Shown: piece by piece, positions 18,449 through 28,604 of the stretch
Numbering within the stretch: position 1 is the stretch's first letter
Layout: the number at the start of each line of letters is the position of its first letter
Assembly (NCBI GenBank): GCA_963977445.1
Contig: CAXBPH010000008.1
Location: 1-49,130, forward strand
DNA: 49,130 nucleotides
From: an uncultured bacterium
Lineage (GTDB): Bacteria > Hydrogenedentota > Hydrogenedentia > Hydrogenedentales > JAEUWI01
Direction of reading: 5' to 3'
The notes under the pieces: generated by a model
The model's database searches: none
Seen by the model: only the letters and a program-made list of their open reading frames with translations
What the model was told of the DNA's origin: nothing
Program-made: the position numbers and the translations under genes

Positions 18449-19396
18449 GTGACCGACGGTTTTTTTTCCATTAGTATTGATTCATTGAGGAGCGACCTCA
18501 TTACAGGTTTTGACCTGTATCTGCTCCAGAAGGGTAATAATACGCCTGTCCTTTATCGCGGGCATAGTCTTCCCTTCGAAGAGCGGGACCGGGCACGGCT
18601 GGTGGAGAACAATATCCACGAGCTACAGGTCAAGGATACGGATCGCAAGGCCTGGACGAAATACACCGCGGCAATCCTGCCCGAATATCTGGCGGATACG
18701 AGTCGTCCCGTTGAAGAGCGTGCCGGAATGCTGTACCAGTCGGCGCAGGGGCTTGTCCACGAATTGCTCTCAAACCCCAATGCCGTAGATCTGGTGGAGC
18801 AAAGCCGGGAAATGGCGGGCGGGATGGTTGACTTTCTCACGAAGGAAAGCACGTCGTTCTACGAGCTTATGCAGCTGACGTCTTACGACTATTACACCTA
18901 TACCCACAGCGTAAACGTCTTTGTCTATAGTGTTTCACTAGCCAAGAAATTGGGGAAAGATGGTCCGGAATTGGGAGAGTTTGCCCACGGTGCGCTCATG
19001 CATGACATTGGAAAGCGGATGATCGATAACGACATCACCAATGCGGCGGGAGCCTTGAGCGAAGAGCAGTGGGAGCAGATGCGTATGCATCCAGTGCACG
19101 GCTATGAAATCCTGGTCTCCCAAGGGGAAACGAGTCTCATTGCGCTGGATGTTACCCGCCACCATCACGAGAAAATTAATGGCCGGGGCTACCCCGATGG
19201 ATTGAAAGGTGAAGCGATATCCGAATGGGCCCGGATGACGACGATTGCCGATATTTTTGATGCATTGACGACCCAGCGATCCTATAAAGACGCCATGGAT
19301 ACCTTTCCTGCGCTGCAATTTATGAAGGCCAAAATGAGCGATGAATTGGATCCTGAATTCTTTCAGGCTTTCGTAGCGATGATGGCGGGGCGATAG
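18449..19396 (+). CDS. HD-GYP domain phosphodiesterase
   Basis: YTYTHSVNV, HDIGK, HHHEKINGRGYP, ADIFDALT..RSYK. Confidence 0.9.
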   Translation: MTDGFFSISIDSLRSDLITGFDLYLLQKGNNTPVLYRGHSLPFEERDRARLVENNIHELQVKDTDRKAWTKYTAAILPEYLADTSRPVEERAGMLYQSAQGLVHELLSNPNAVDLVEQSREMAGGMVDFLTKESTSFYELMQLTSYDYYTYTHSVNVFVYSVSLAKKLGKDGPELGEFAHGALMHDIGKRMIDNDITNAAGALSEEQWEQMRMHPVHGYEILVSQGETSLIALDVTRHHHEKINGRGYPDGLKGEAISEWARMTTIADIFDALTTQRSYKDAMDTFPALQFMKAKMSDELDPEFFQAFVAMMAGR

Positions 19397-19519
19397 TCGT
19401 GGCGCTACCTGCCGAATAAAAGCGTATCGCGCTCGTGATATGGTCAATCGAGCAAGGTATTCGGGCAGGAAACAGGCGCTCGTTTCGGGCGTCTGGGGCA
19501 ATATTGATTGATGCCTTCG

Positions 19520-20206
19520 TTACTCCGTTGTGGTGGTTGGCCTTGTTTCCACCGTTTCGTCGGAATGGGGCTTTTCGGTCTCCACGAGAGTAGCCAGCTT
19601 CAGTAATTGCGCATCCAATTCCAGCGAAGCGTTCCGAACGGAACCATAGTTGACTTCAAAATGAATTCGTTTGTCTTTGACGATGAAATTGATCATGACG
19701 CCTTGCTTTCCATAGGCGTACCCATTACCAAATGTCAAAATCGGACGCTGATCGATGGCTTTTCTGATCTCCGATATTTTCTCTGATTCGGAAGCGCAAA
19801 TAAATACGACAGCACAGTCCAGGAGTTCGTCGATGTGACTCGCGTTTCTCAGCCGGACGGGATGCCCTTCGATATCCTTGCCCCGAGCAGCTTCCTGGAG
19901 TGCCCCGTCGAAGGGGTCGTCACCAAGTACGCCGATGTAGCAGGAGGCCCCTTTTTTGGGAGGGAGCGCGGAACTTGGCCACCGGGTGAAGCGAAGTAAC
20001 TTCAACAAGAGAGTCGCTTTTACCTGGTACTCGGTAAATTCCTTTTCCTCCGCCTGGCCTGTAACGACCAGTACGGGGCTGAGGGATACCGCAACGCTGG
20101 CCGTCAATATATGATGGAACAGGGCCCGCCGTGTATACGTTTGTAAACGGGCGCACGACCGGAGAGTCTGCGATTGGTGTCCATCTATTTTTGATTCGAG
20201 ACTCAC
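19520..20206 (-). CDS. YfiR/HmsC family periplasmic protein
   Basis: 'EYQVKA.LL...RFTRWP', 'IGVLGDDPF', 'PILT', 'MINF....RIHFEVN', 'LLKLA'. Directly downstream of a TonB receptor. Confidence 0.9.
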   Translation of the reverse strand: MSLESKIDGHQSQTLRSCARLQTYTRRALFHHILTASVAVSLSPVLVVTGQAEEKEFTEYQVKATLLLKLLRFTRWPSSALPPKKGASCYIGVLGDDPFDGALQEAARGKDIEGHPVRLRNASHIDELLDCAVVFICASESEKISEIRKAIDQRPILTFGNGYAYGKQGVMINFIVKDKRIHFEVNYGSVRNASLELDAQLLKLATLVETEKPHSDETVETRPTTTTE

Positions 20207-20210
20207 CCCG

Positions 20211-22217
20211 TTAAAACTCCCACGTAACCTGCGCGTAAACCCCGCGCTCCACCCTGCTTGGAAGGGTGTTAATAATCGTTGGTGTCAGCTCCGTGTGCTC
20301 CGGCTGCAGCAGATTTCGAACAGACACTTCGATTTCCAGATCATTGCGCGGCATCCACCCCAATCGGAGATCAACGGTGGCGTAGGCGTCGATATCCAGG
20401 CTCTTGAGTCGGTCCACATACCGAAAATCGATGTCCAATTGCAGCTGCTCCGAAAGGAGGATACGTTGCTGCCAGTTAAGCTGGTGGGCAGGAGTATCGT
20501 CAGCGAGGGTTGGGGTGAGTATGTCGATCAAATTCGTGTGGGGCTGCACGTTGATTTCGAGATACGACCACATGAGCCGTGTGTGCCATCGTCGGTGGGG
20601 CTGCCAGTCCAGCACAATTTCTATGCCCTTTGTAACGGCACCGGAATCGTTGGTAACGACTACCGGCGCGACCAATCGTGGCGGTGCGAGTTGGAGGTAG
20701 AGAAAGGGAGCTTTCAGAACGGTCGCCCGAAACTTGTCGTAGTCGCTATAAAAAATTGTAATGTCGGCGGAAAGTTCTTCACTCAGTTTTCGACGCAATC
20801 CGCCTTCAATCGTGACCACGGTTTCTGAGTCGAAATCCTTGTTGCCCTGTAACGCTACTTCAATTCCAGGAAATGAATAGACGGGTGAATAAACATCGGC
20901 TTCGGTACGCGATGGCGTTCCTACAGCGCGGGTTACGGCGGCCCACCAGGTGGTCTGTTCGGAGGGTTGCCAAGCCAGGCGTGCCGTTGGTTGCAGCTCA
21001 AGTCCCGTGTAATCGTTGTGCTCAATCTTGGTGCCCAACGTTAAACGAAGCGCTCCATCGAGAAAAGAGATCTCGTCCTGTGCAAAGGCACTGAAGGTGC
21101 GGTATCGACGTCGGTCTGGGTCAAATTGGGCGACAATCTGGCCACTCAAATGGTCTTCCGTATAGCGGACTCCTGCGCCCCAAACCAATTCCTGTCGTGG
21201 CGAAAGGCGGAAGCGGTGCTGAAAATCGAACTCGCCGGAAGTTCGCACTTCATTGACGATGAGGGAGGCACTATCGTAGCTGCGAAAATTTGCTCGTACC
21301 TGAACTTCCGACTCGTCACTCAGTGTGTGTTCCCACTGACCCATCGCCGTAAATTCCTGGTTGCTGGTGTGATCGGATACGTAGCGTCGGAACGGGGGGC
21401 GAAAGGGTGAAAGCCGATAGGTGTCGTGGATACGACTGTCCAGGCCGGTTAATTCCAGACTGAGCTGGTCATCACCCCGATCCCATTCCATGCGTCCACC
21501 GACCCGCGTCGCCCGCCAGACATCGTCGTCGTGAACCCATTGCCCGGTCAGGCCGCCACCGTTGCTGCGGAATTCACGCAGGTAAAACAGGAAATGTCGG
21601 TCATGGCTTAATGGGGTCCCATAGAGGGCAGAAAGAGCACCATCGGTATCCGTGCCATAGGTCAGTGAAAGTAGCCCGCCTTCCAGCGTATGGGCTCGGC
21701 GTGTAATGATATTGATAATGCCGTTGACCGCGTTGGCCCCCCAATTGGCACCACCCGGACCACGAATGATCTCAATGCGCTCGATCAGCTCAAGGGGATA
21801 GCCCAGCTCCTCCCAGTTGGTGCCGGAAAACGTGGTGGAGTACACGCTTCGGCCATCGACGAGAACGAGCAATTTGTCGGCGAGGCGACCGCTGAAGCCA
21901 CGAATGGTTACCGACCATTTACTCGAATCGATCTGGGCCACATTGACTCCAGGAGCCATGCGCAGTAGTTCCGGAATTGTGGTGGCGGTAGAGTGGGCAA
22001 TATCTTCGCGGGTAATCACGAAGACTGCCGCAGATACGGCACGTTGTTCCTGGGGTTTGCGTGCGGCCGAGGAAATTTCGATGTTCAGAAGTTCCTCAAT
22101 GCTCATATTATCCAGTGCGCGATGGGCTGGCGGCTCCTCGGCAACGACGGGTTGGGGAAAAAACAACAGAATACTACAAATACACCACAGACCGATGCAA
22201 TGTTTCGTTGCCTTCAT
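20211..22217 (-). CDS. TonB-dependent receptor (plug plus barrel)
   Basis: Signal peptide, 'MSIEELLNIEISSAARK', 'PELLRMAPG', 'IERIEIIRGPG...GANAVNGIINIITR', C-terminal aromatic 'VTWEF'. Confidence 0.92.
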   Translation of the reverse strand: MKATKHCIGLWCICSILLFFPQPVVAEEPPAHRALDNMSIEELLNIEISSAARKPQEQRAVSAAVFVITREDIAHSTATTIPELLRMAPGVNVAQIDSSKWSVTIRGFSGRLADKLLVLVDGRSVYSTTFSGTNWEELGYPLELIERIEIIRGPGGANWGANAVNGIINIITRRAHTLEGGLLSLTYGTDTDGALSALYGTPLSHDRHFLFYLREFRSNGGGLTGQWVHDDDVWRATRVGGRMEWDRGDDQLSLELTGLDSRIHDTYRLSPFRPPFRRYVSDHTSNQEFTAMGQWEHTLSDESEVQVRANFRSYDSASLIVNEVRTSGEFDFQHRFRLSPRQELVWGAGVRYTEDHLSGQIVAQFDPDRRRYRTFSAFAQDEISFLDGALRLTLGTKIEHNDYTGLELQPTARLAWQPSEQTTWWAAVTRAVGTPSRTEADVYSPVYSFPGIEVALQGNKDFDSETVVTIEGGLRRKLSEELSADITIFYSDYDKFRATVLKAPFLYLQLAPPRLVAPVVVTNDSGAVTKGIEIVLDWQPHRRWHTRLMWSYLEINVQPHTNLIDILTPTLADDTPAHQLNWQQRILLSEQLQLDIDFRYVDRLKSLDIDAYATVDLRLGWMPRNDLEIEVSVRNLLQPEHTELTPTIINTLPSRVERGVYAQVTWEF

Positions 22218-22381
22218 GAAATCCCCATGTATCTGGGTTAATCGTAGCCCAATTGGATTGCCTTAATACGCTTAGGATAGCATGGTGGTCGCGGTAAGTA
22301 CATTTCTGCATTTTGTCCTCACCATGCTGCGGATAGGCTCACTGGGCCGATAAGTCCCGAAAATAAACGAAAGGTAGTACG

Positions 22382-23458
22382 ATGAAACGTTTGATTCTAA
22401 TCGCCCTGCTCGGCGTTCTCGCGCCCATGATAGGGGCACGGGCGGCCGACATTGAAAACGTCGTACTTATTAGTTGGGACGGATTGCGCTGGCAGGAATT
22501 TTTCGGGGGTGCCGATGCCCGCCTGGTATTTCCCGACGGCAAGGTCGATGAGGATTCAGCCAAGGCGAAGGCGGCTTTCTGGGCGAAAACACCCGAAGAA
22601 CGCCGGGAAAATCTTATGCCCTGGATTTGGGGCACCCTGGCCAAGGAAGGGCAAATCTATGGCGATGCCGAAATTGGCAGTCCCGCACTGGTGACCAACG
22701 GGTTCAATTTTTCCTATCCGGGTTATTCAGAAATCCTCACGGGAATCACTGATCCTACCCTGAATTCCAACGCGAAGCGGAACAATCCGAATGTAACCGT
22801 TCTGGAATGGCTCAATGGCCAGCCCGGCTTCACCGGTAGTGTGGCGGCGTTCTGCTCCTGGGATGTTTTCCCCTTCATCATCAACGCGGAACGAAGCGGT
22901 ATACCCGTAAATGCCGGTTGGGTGCCCCTCACCGTGTCCAATGACGCGGAACATCTGAGATTTTTGAATCAGGTTGCAGAGGAGACGCCCCATGTGTGGG
23001 ACGGAATTCGATTCGACTTCACCACCTTTCACGGTGCGGTGGAATATGTAAAGGCCAAGCAGCCCCGCGTGCTCTACGTCGGCTTTGGCGAGACCGACGA
23101 CTGGGCTCATGACAAGCGCTATGACATGTATATTGACGCGGCCCATCGAACGGACGCGTATATGCGCCGTCTCTGGGAGCTGCTCCAGTCCATGCCCCAA
23201 TATGCGGGCAAGACGGCACTCATCGTGACGACCGATCACGGACGGGGTGATACGAAAGAAGACTGGACCGATCATGGCGACAAGATTCCCGATTCGGCGC
23301 GTATCTGGACGATTCTCTATGGGCCAGGCATTCCCGCCAGGGGTTTGGTAAAAGATACGCCGACGACGCAATCCCAGGTTGCTGCCACCATCGCGTCCTT
23401 GCTGGGCAAAGATTTTCGAGCCGACTTTCCGGCTGCAGCCGCACCCTTGCAGCCGTAA
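22382..23458 (+). CDS. Secreted alkaline phosphatase superfamily protein
   Basis: Signal peptide, VLISWDGLRWQE, SYPGYSEILTG, ETDDWAH, TTDHGRG. Confidence 0.85.
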   Translation: MKRLILIALLGVLAPMIGARAADIENVVLISWDGLRWQEFFGGADARLVFPDGKVDEDSAKAKAAFWAKTPEERRENLMPWIWGTLAKEGQIYGDAEIGSPALVTNGFNFSYPGYSEILTGITDPTLNSNAKRNNPNVTVLEWLNGQPGFTGSVAAFCSWDVFPFIINAERSGIPVNAGWVPLTVSNDAEHLRFLNQVAEETPHVWDGIRFDFTTFHGAVEYVKAKQPRVLYVGFGETDDWAHDKRYDMYIDAAHRTDAYMRRLWELLQSMPQYAGKTALIVTTDHGRGDTKEDWTDHGDKIPDSARIWTILYGPGIPARGLVKDTPTTQSQVAATIASLLGKDFRADFPAAAAPLQP

Positions 23459-23470
23459 GGGAGTAACGCG

Positions 23471-25354
23471 TTGGGTCAGACATTGTTTTTTCGTGAGAGA
23501 CGGCGGTTTTGGGTCGGTCTGGCTATGTGCGCCTGGGCACCGTGGGTTTTCCACGACACCGCCCTGGCTACGCCCCCGGATTCGGAATGGACGTACTATG
23601 GGCAGGATGGGGGTGGTGCACGGTACAGCTCGCTGGACCAGATTCGTCGGGAAAACGTGGACCAGTTGGAGCGCGCCTGGACCTATCGAACCGGCGACAT
23701 TGCCGAGGGGCGGGGGCACTACACGGAATGCACGCCCCTGGTAGTTGACGGCGTGCTCTATGTCATCACACCCTTCTCCCGTCTCATCGCCCTGGACGCC
23801 GTCACGGGGGAAGAGCAATTTCGGTTTTCCCCCGAGCCACCACTGAACCTTGGGGAAACCATGGGCGGTGGGCTGGCCAGCCGGGGCATCACCTATTGGG
23901 AATCGGGCGATAAAAAGCGGATCTTTCTGCCCGTTCGTGATGGCCGGGTCTATTCCATCGATCTGGCGACCAGAAAACCTGATCCGGAATTCGGCGAAAA
24001 TGGCTTCCTCGATTATCGAAAGGGCCTGCCCGAAGGGGGCGACTATTTATTCTTGAGTTCGCCACCCACCCTCTGTAACGACGTGCTGTTGCAGCCCTAT
24101 GGCATCTCTGACACGTCCAGTGAACGCCTTCACTATGTGCCCCTTCGGGCCGTAGACGCCCACACCGGGAAGACGGTCTGGACCTTCGATACTGTGCCTC
24201 AGCCGGGGCAATTGGGCTATGACACGTGGGCCCCGGGCAGTGGCGCGGACCGGGCCGGGTGCAATCCCTGGGCTCCTATCAGTGCCGACCTGGAGCGAGG
24301 CATTTTCTATGCACCCCTGGGTGCCCCCAACAGCGATAAATATGGTGGCGACCGTATTGGCGACAATCTCTTCGCCAACTGCCTCGTGGCACTCGACGCC
24401 AAGACGGGAAAGCGCCTGTGGCACTTTCAGACCGTGCACCACGATATCTGGGACTATGACTTACCGGCCATGCCCATCCTTTTTGAGTTGGATAAAGAGG
24501 GCGCGACAATTCCTGCCGTTGCGGCGGTGGGGAAGACCGGTTTCGTTTATGTGTTTAACCGCGTCACGGGCGAAGCAATTTTTCCAATCGAAGAGCGCGC
24601 CGTACCGGCCAGCACCGTGCCCGGTGAAGTGGCGTCGCCCACCCAACCCATTCCCACGAAGCCACCGGCCTTCTCACGTCAACGGTTGACCCGCGGCGAT
24701 CTCCACAGTACGGACCCGGCCACCTTGCCCGCTCTCCAAGAAGAATTCGATACGTATCGGTCCGAAGGCTTGTTCACACCACCCTCGCCCGAGGGCACCA
24801 TCGTTTTTCCCGGGCAATTGGGCGGGGGTAATTGGTCGGGTGCGTCCATCGCCCCCGGTGGCATGCTCTACATTGCGGCCAACGAGTTGCCTTATGTAAC
24901 CCAGGTGACGCGCAAGGAAGGCGGTGCCTTTGGTGTTTCGGTGCGGGCCCGGCACTTTCGGGATTCGATGGGTTACCCGGCCATCAAGCCGCCCTGGGGC
25001 ACGGTGACCAAGCTGGATTTGGCACAGGGGACGCTGGTCTGGCAAAAGCCCTTGGGAAACCACGAAGAACTTGCGCTTGGTGGTGAAGATACGGGGCAGA
25101 TGAATTTTGGTGGGGGGACGGTGACGGCCGGTGGGCTCTTTATTGTGGCCGCGGCCTTGGACGCCAAACTTCGGGTGTTTGACACAGAGACGGGTTCCCT
25201 GCTGGCACACTACGATATCGGGGTCGCGGGGCAGGGCGCACCCATCACCTACAGGGGCCATGATGCCAAGCAATACATCGCCCTGTTTGCGGGCGGTGGC
25301 GGAAAAGGCCTAGGGGAAAAAGGGGACTACGTGATGGCCTTTCGTCTTAAATAA
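23471..25354 (+). CDS. PQQ-dependent dehydrogenase (glucose/quinate/shikimate family-like, no N-terminal TM bundle)
   Basis: 'W.YYG.D.GG.RYSSLDQI', TPLVVDG, SRG, WHFQTVHHDIWDYDLP, KPPWG, GG.VTAGG. Confidence 0.88.
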   Translation: MGQTLFFRERRRFWVGLAMCAWAPWVFHDTALATPPDSEWTYYGQDGGGARYSSLDQIRRENVDQLERAWTYRTGDIAEGRGHYTECTPLVVDGVLYVITPFSRLIALDAVTGEEQFRFSPEPPLNLGETMGGGLASRGITYWESGDKKRIFLPVRDGRVYSIDLATRKPDPEFGENGFLDYRKGLPEGGDYLFLSSPPTLCNDVLLQPYGISDTSSERLHYVPLRAVDAHTGKTVWTFDTVPQPGQLGYDTWAPGSGADRAGCNPWAPISADLERGIFYAPLGAPNSDKYGGDRIGDNLFANCLVALDAKTGKRLWHFQTVHHDIWDYDLPAMPILFELDKEGATIPAVAAVGKTGFVYVFNRVTGEAIFPIEERAVPASTVPGEVASPTQPIPTKPPAFSRQRLTRGDLHSTDPATLPALQEEFDTYRSEGLFTPPSPEGTIVFPGQLGGGNWSGASIAPGGMLYIAANELPYVTQVTRKEGGAFGVSVRARHFRDSMGYPAIKPPWGTVTKLDLAQGTLVWQKPLGNHEELALGGEDTGQMNFGGGTVTAGGLFIVAAALDAKLRVFDTETGSLLAHYDIGVAGQGAPITYRGHDAKQYIALFAGGGGKGLGEKGDYVMAFRLK

Positions 25355-25528
25355 CAGGTGACCGACGACAGAAGGTGGATTCAATCGTATCATTCACTTC
25401 AATTTTCGGCCCATTCAAATTGAACAGAACCTCCAGCGATTTTGCTCTTTCCCTGGATTACATGGTGGACCTGAGACAGGCTGGGGCGTTAGAGTGATGC
25501 CTCTGCCGCCAACGGTAATGGAGATTCC

Positions 25529-26941
25529 ATGTCATCTGGCCCACCCAACATCCTCCTGCTCATGACCGACCAGCAGCGCTATGATTCGCTGGGCTGCTAT
25601 GGGGCCGCATTTGCCCATACGCCAAATCTGGACCGACTTGCCACGTCAGGCGTCCTCTTTGAGCACTGCTACGCCAATAACCCGATCTGCACCCCTTCGC
25701 GCGCGAGCCTGATGACGGGTAAACATATCCTCGACCATGGGGTGTGTCAGCTCAACGATCACTTGTCCCCGGAAGAAGTGCTTTTTCCCGCGCGGCTCCG
25801 CGACCTGGGCTACCACACCGCCCTCTTCGGTAAACTTCATGTAGCGGCAGGCGCGACGGAGAGCCAAAGTCGCCATCCCAACGATGGCTTCGATATATAC
25901 GAGCTCTGCAACGAAGGGTCTGCCCATATGGATGCCCCCCACCAGGCCTATGCGCGCTGGCTGGAGGAACGGGACCCGGCGTTTTACGCCCGCCTGAAGA
26001 CCGAGGGCCGGGGCGTGACCCACGTGCCCAACCATCTCCACATGTCCCATTGGGCTGCCGAGCGGAGCATTGCCTTCCTCGAAAAAGAGCGAGACAAAGA
26101 TAAACCCTTTTTCTGCATGATGAGTGTCTTCGAACCCCACAATCCCTATGAGCATTATCCGAAGGAAATGGGGGGACTGGTGGATCGTGATGCTATCCCA
26201 TCGCCGACAGCGCGCGGTGACGGCCCGGAACCCGCGGACATCGACCGGGAGCGTCACGAAAATTACTATGCCGATTTTGATACGCTCTCATCAGACGACA
26301 TCGCCACCATGCGCCATGGCTACCACGCCTCGGTGGCCTATGGCGATCTGGAGTTTGGTCGGGTTCTGAAGCGCCTGGAGACACTGGGTCTTGCGGAAAA
26401 TACGCTGGTGATTTTTACCAGCGATCATGGCGACATGCTGGGCGACCACGATTTGCTGGTGAAAGGGGCTTTCTTCTACGAACCCAATGTGCGCGTGCCA
26501 TTGCTCATGCGCTGGCCACAGGGTATCGAAGGCGGGCGGTCCGTGCCGGGGCCGGTCCAATTGCATGACCTGGCCGCCACCATCCTCCATGCAGCAGGAA
26601 TTGCCGACGCCACCGTCACGGCGGCAATGCCCGACGCCCGAGACCTGCTCCCGATGGCCAGGGGGGACGTAGATGAGGTTCATGACGGGGTGTTCTGTTG
26701 CTACCGAAATTCGGGCATGTGCGCTGGACATAGTGACTGGGATCCGCCAATTAACGCGACGATGATCCGGCGTGGACGCTACAAACTGAACCTTTGGCAC
26801 GATTCGGGGGCGGGGGAGCTGTTCGACTTGGAGCGGGATTCCATGGAGCAGGATAATCTGTGGGAAGTAACTGAAATGAAAGAGCTTAGGGATTATATGG
26901 TGGCGCAATTGGACGGCTGGTTGGCCCGAAAATCTCTTTGA
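25529..26941 (+). CDS. Sulfatase (formylglycine-dependent, S1)
   Basis: PNILLLMTDQQR, CTPSRASLMTG, GKLH, PHNP, SDHGDMLGDH. Confidence 0.93.
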   Translation: MSSGPPNILLLMTDQQRYDSLGCYGAAFAHTPNLDRLATSGVLFEHCYANNPICTPSRASLMTGKHILDHGVCQLNDHLSPEEVLFPARLRDLGYHTALFGKLHVAAGATESQSRHPNDGFDIYELCNEGSAHMDAPHQAYARWLEERDPAFYARLKTEGRGVTHVPNHLHMSHWAAERSIAFLEKERDKDKPFFCMMSVFEPHNPYEHYPKEMGGLVDRDAIPSPTARGDGPEPADIDRERHENYYADFDTLSSDDIATMRHGYHASVAYGDLEFGRVLKRLETLGLAENTLVIFTSDHGDMLGDHDLLVKGAFFYEPNVRVPLLMRWPQGIEGGRSVPGPVQLHDLAATILHAAGIADATVTAAMPDARDLLPMARGDVDEVHDGVFCCYRNSGMCAGHSDWDPPINATMIRRGRYKLNLWHDSGAGELFDLERDSMEQDNLWEVTEMKELRDYMVAQLDGWLARKSL

Positions 26942-26985
26942 CACGGGAACGTTGTGTGGTACAATGTTGTTGAAGATTTCAACAA
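26938..26985 (+). promoter_or_regulatory. Sigma70 promoter and palindromic operator of the vapBC operon
   Basis: TTGACA (26938-43), 16-bp spacer, TG-n-TACAAT (26960-65), followed by the IR TTGTTGAA-gat-TTCAACAA (26967-85). Confidence 0.75.
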
Positions 26986-26999
26986 AGGAGGATGCGACA

Positions 27000-27233
27000 A
27001 TGTCCACCATGAATTTCAGTGTGCCGGAAAAGGTGAAGGAAGAGTTCAACGAATACTTCGCCGGCGAAAATAAAAGCGCCATATTGACAAAGATGATAGA
27101 AGCAGCCATCAACGAGAAGAAAATACAGGCCAGGCGGGCCAAAGCGATGGACGCCATTCTGGAGTTCAGAAAAACCGCCAAACCTATCTCTGATGAAGAG
27201 ATATACCAGATCCGGCAGGAAATTCGTGAATGA
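27000..27233 (+). CDS. RHH-type antitoxin (VapB-like)
   Basis: 77 aa, 'MSTMNFSVPEKVKEEF...NKSAIL'. AAGGAGG RBS. ATGA overlap with the PIN gene. Confidence 0.8.
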   Translation: MSTMNFSVPEKVKEEFNEYFAGENKSAILTKMIEAAINEKKIQARRAKAMDAILEFRKTAKPISDEEIYQIRQEIRE

Positions 27234-27637
27234 AATGTGTGCTGGATGCGAGCGTTATCGTCAAGTGGTTTCTTGACGATGACCCCGAGGAAAAACACAT
27301 AAAGGAAGCGAAGGAAGTTTTTGACCGGGTTCAACAGGGTGAAGACGAGGTGGTGCAGCCCGTTCATTGGCGCGTTGAAGTTCTGTCCGTCATCGTTCGC
27401 AAGGAGCCGGGGAAGGTGGAGGAAGCGATCAAGCTACTCGATCTTTTGGCCTTTTCCGTGATGGATAACTGGGAATTGCATATCCGTGCGGCCCAACTCT
27501 CGCAGCGCTACAACCATCACCTTTTCGATACGCTCTACCACGCCGTGGCCCTGGAATCGGGGGCCCGTCTGGTAACAGCCGATAGGAAGTATGCCCGCAA
27601 GGCCATGGGTGAAGGGGCGATGGAGTTATTGGGGTGA
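27230..27637 (+). CDS. vapC: PIN-domain VapC toxin
   Basis: VLDASVIVKW, conserved E, 'FDTLYHAVA', 'LVTAD'. Confidence 0.9.
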   Translation: MKCVLDASVIVKWFLDDDPEEKHIKEAKEVFDRVQQGEDEVVQPVHWRVEVLSVIVRKEPGKVEEAIKLLDLLAFSVMDNWELHIRAAQLSQRYNHHLFDTLYHAVALESGARLVTADRKYARKAMGEGAMELLG

Positions 27638-27695
27638 CCGATTGGCCTGGGGGCCCCACGGGGTGTCTTGCTACGGCAAAACAGAGGAGGGACTC

Positions 27696-28190
27696 GTGAA
27701 GAACAAAAAGTGGCTTGCCCTGCCGGTACTTATCATTGCGGTTGTTGGCCAATATATAGTTGGCGGCCCGAACCCAAAAGTTAGCTACCGGGATGACCGG
27801 TCGGCGGGAACCTCTTCGATTCCGCGAGAACAGCCCACAGCGGTCGTCGCCCAGGATAACGGTGCCGAGGTGCTTCGTGCCCTCCGAAATCGGCAGAGCG
27901 GTGTTCCAGTCAGCGGCTCGGCGGCCGTCAGTCGTATCCTCCCTGATGACAACGAGGGCAGCCGCCACCAGAAGTTCATTTTGCGATTTACTACCGGGAA
28001 TACGTTGCTCATCGCCCACAATATCGATCTGGCACCCCGGATTGGCGGCCTGCGCGAGGGCGATGTGGTGGAATTCTACGGCGTCTATGAATGGAACGAA
28101 AAGGGCGGGGTGGTGCACTGGACCCACCGCGATCCCAGCGGGCGCCATACGGGGGGCTGGTTGCGACACAATGGGCAGACCTATCGGTAA
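27696..28190 (+). CDS. DUF3465 domain protein
   Basis: GTG start after GAGGAGG. 'LPDDNEGSRHQKFIL', 'AHNIDLAPRI', 'GGVVHWTHRDP...GGWL'. Confidence 0.85.
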   Translation: MKNKKWLALPVLIIAVVGQYIVGGPNPKVSYRDDRSAGTSSIPREQPTAVVAQDNGAEVLRALRNRQSGVPVSGSAAVSRILPDDNEGSRHQKFILRFTTGNTLLIAHNIDLAPRIGGLREGDVVEFYGVYEWNEKGGVVHWTHRDPSGRHTGGWLRHNGQTYR

Positions 28191-28299
28191 AGGCAGGAAA
28201 TAGGGCCATTGTGCGCAGAGCTCAAGTACCTATCCGACTGTTTTCAATATAATCTCAAAGCAGCTCGACGTCGCTAAGATGAAAGTCCGTCGTCTGGCC

Positions 28300-28323
28300 T
28301 GGGAGCGCAGCCGGCCCGGCTGC
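28300..28323 (+). repeat. REP-like hairpin TGGGAGC-GCAGCCG-gcc-CGGCTGC
   Basis: Second copy of the family seen at 21-44. Confidence 0.65.
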
Positions 28324-28604
28324 ATAGGGCTGCAAGCCCATCGCCTCGTGCAACAACGTTACACGGAATCAGGTGAGCGACCCACCTGCGGCGCGTCTCC
28401 GACTAGCGATTGCCGCTCAGGTCACCCGTATCGCGCAACACGCTTCCCGCCGTATACCAATTCGATGTGTGCGCATTGTAGAATGACCACGTGTGGATTG
28501 GGGCGCGGTCACTACCGATACGCCAGGCCGAAACCCCACACCCTACACGCAACCCTTCGCGCCGAAGACCCCAGCTATAGTCAGTCAATAAAAGGAATTG
28601 CTCC

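Noticed and set aside
25468..25480. GACCTGAGACAGG matching the 3.4/4.8-kb element
   Set aside because: Only 13 bp with no flanking similarity; may be chance.
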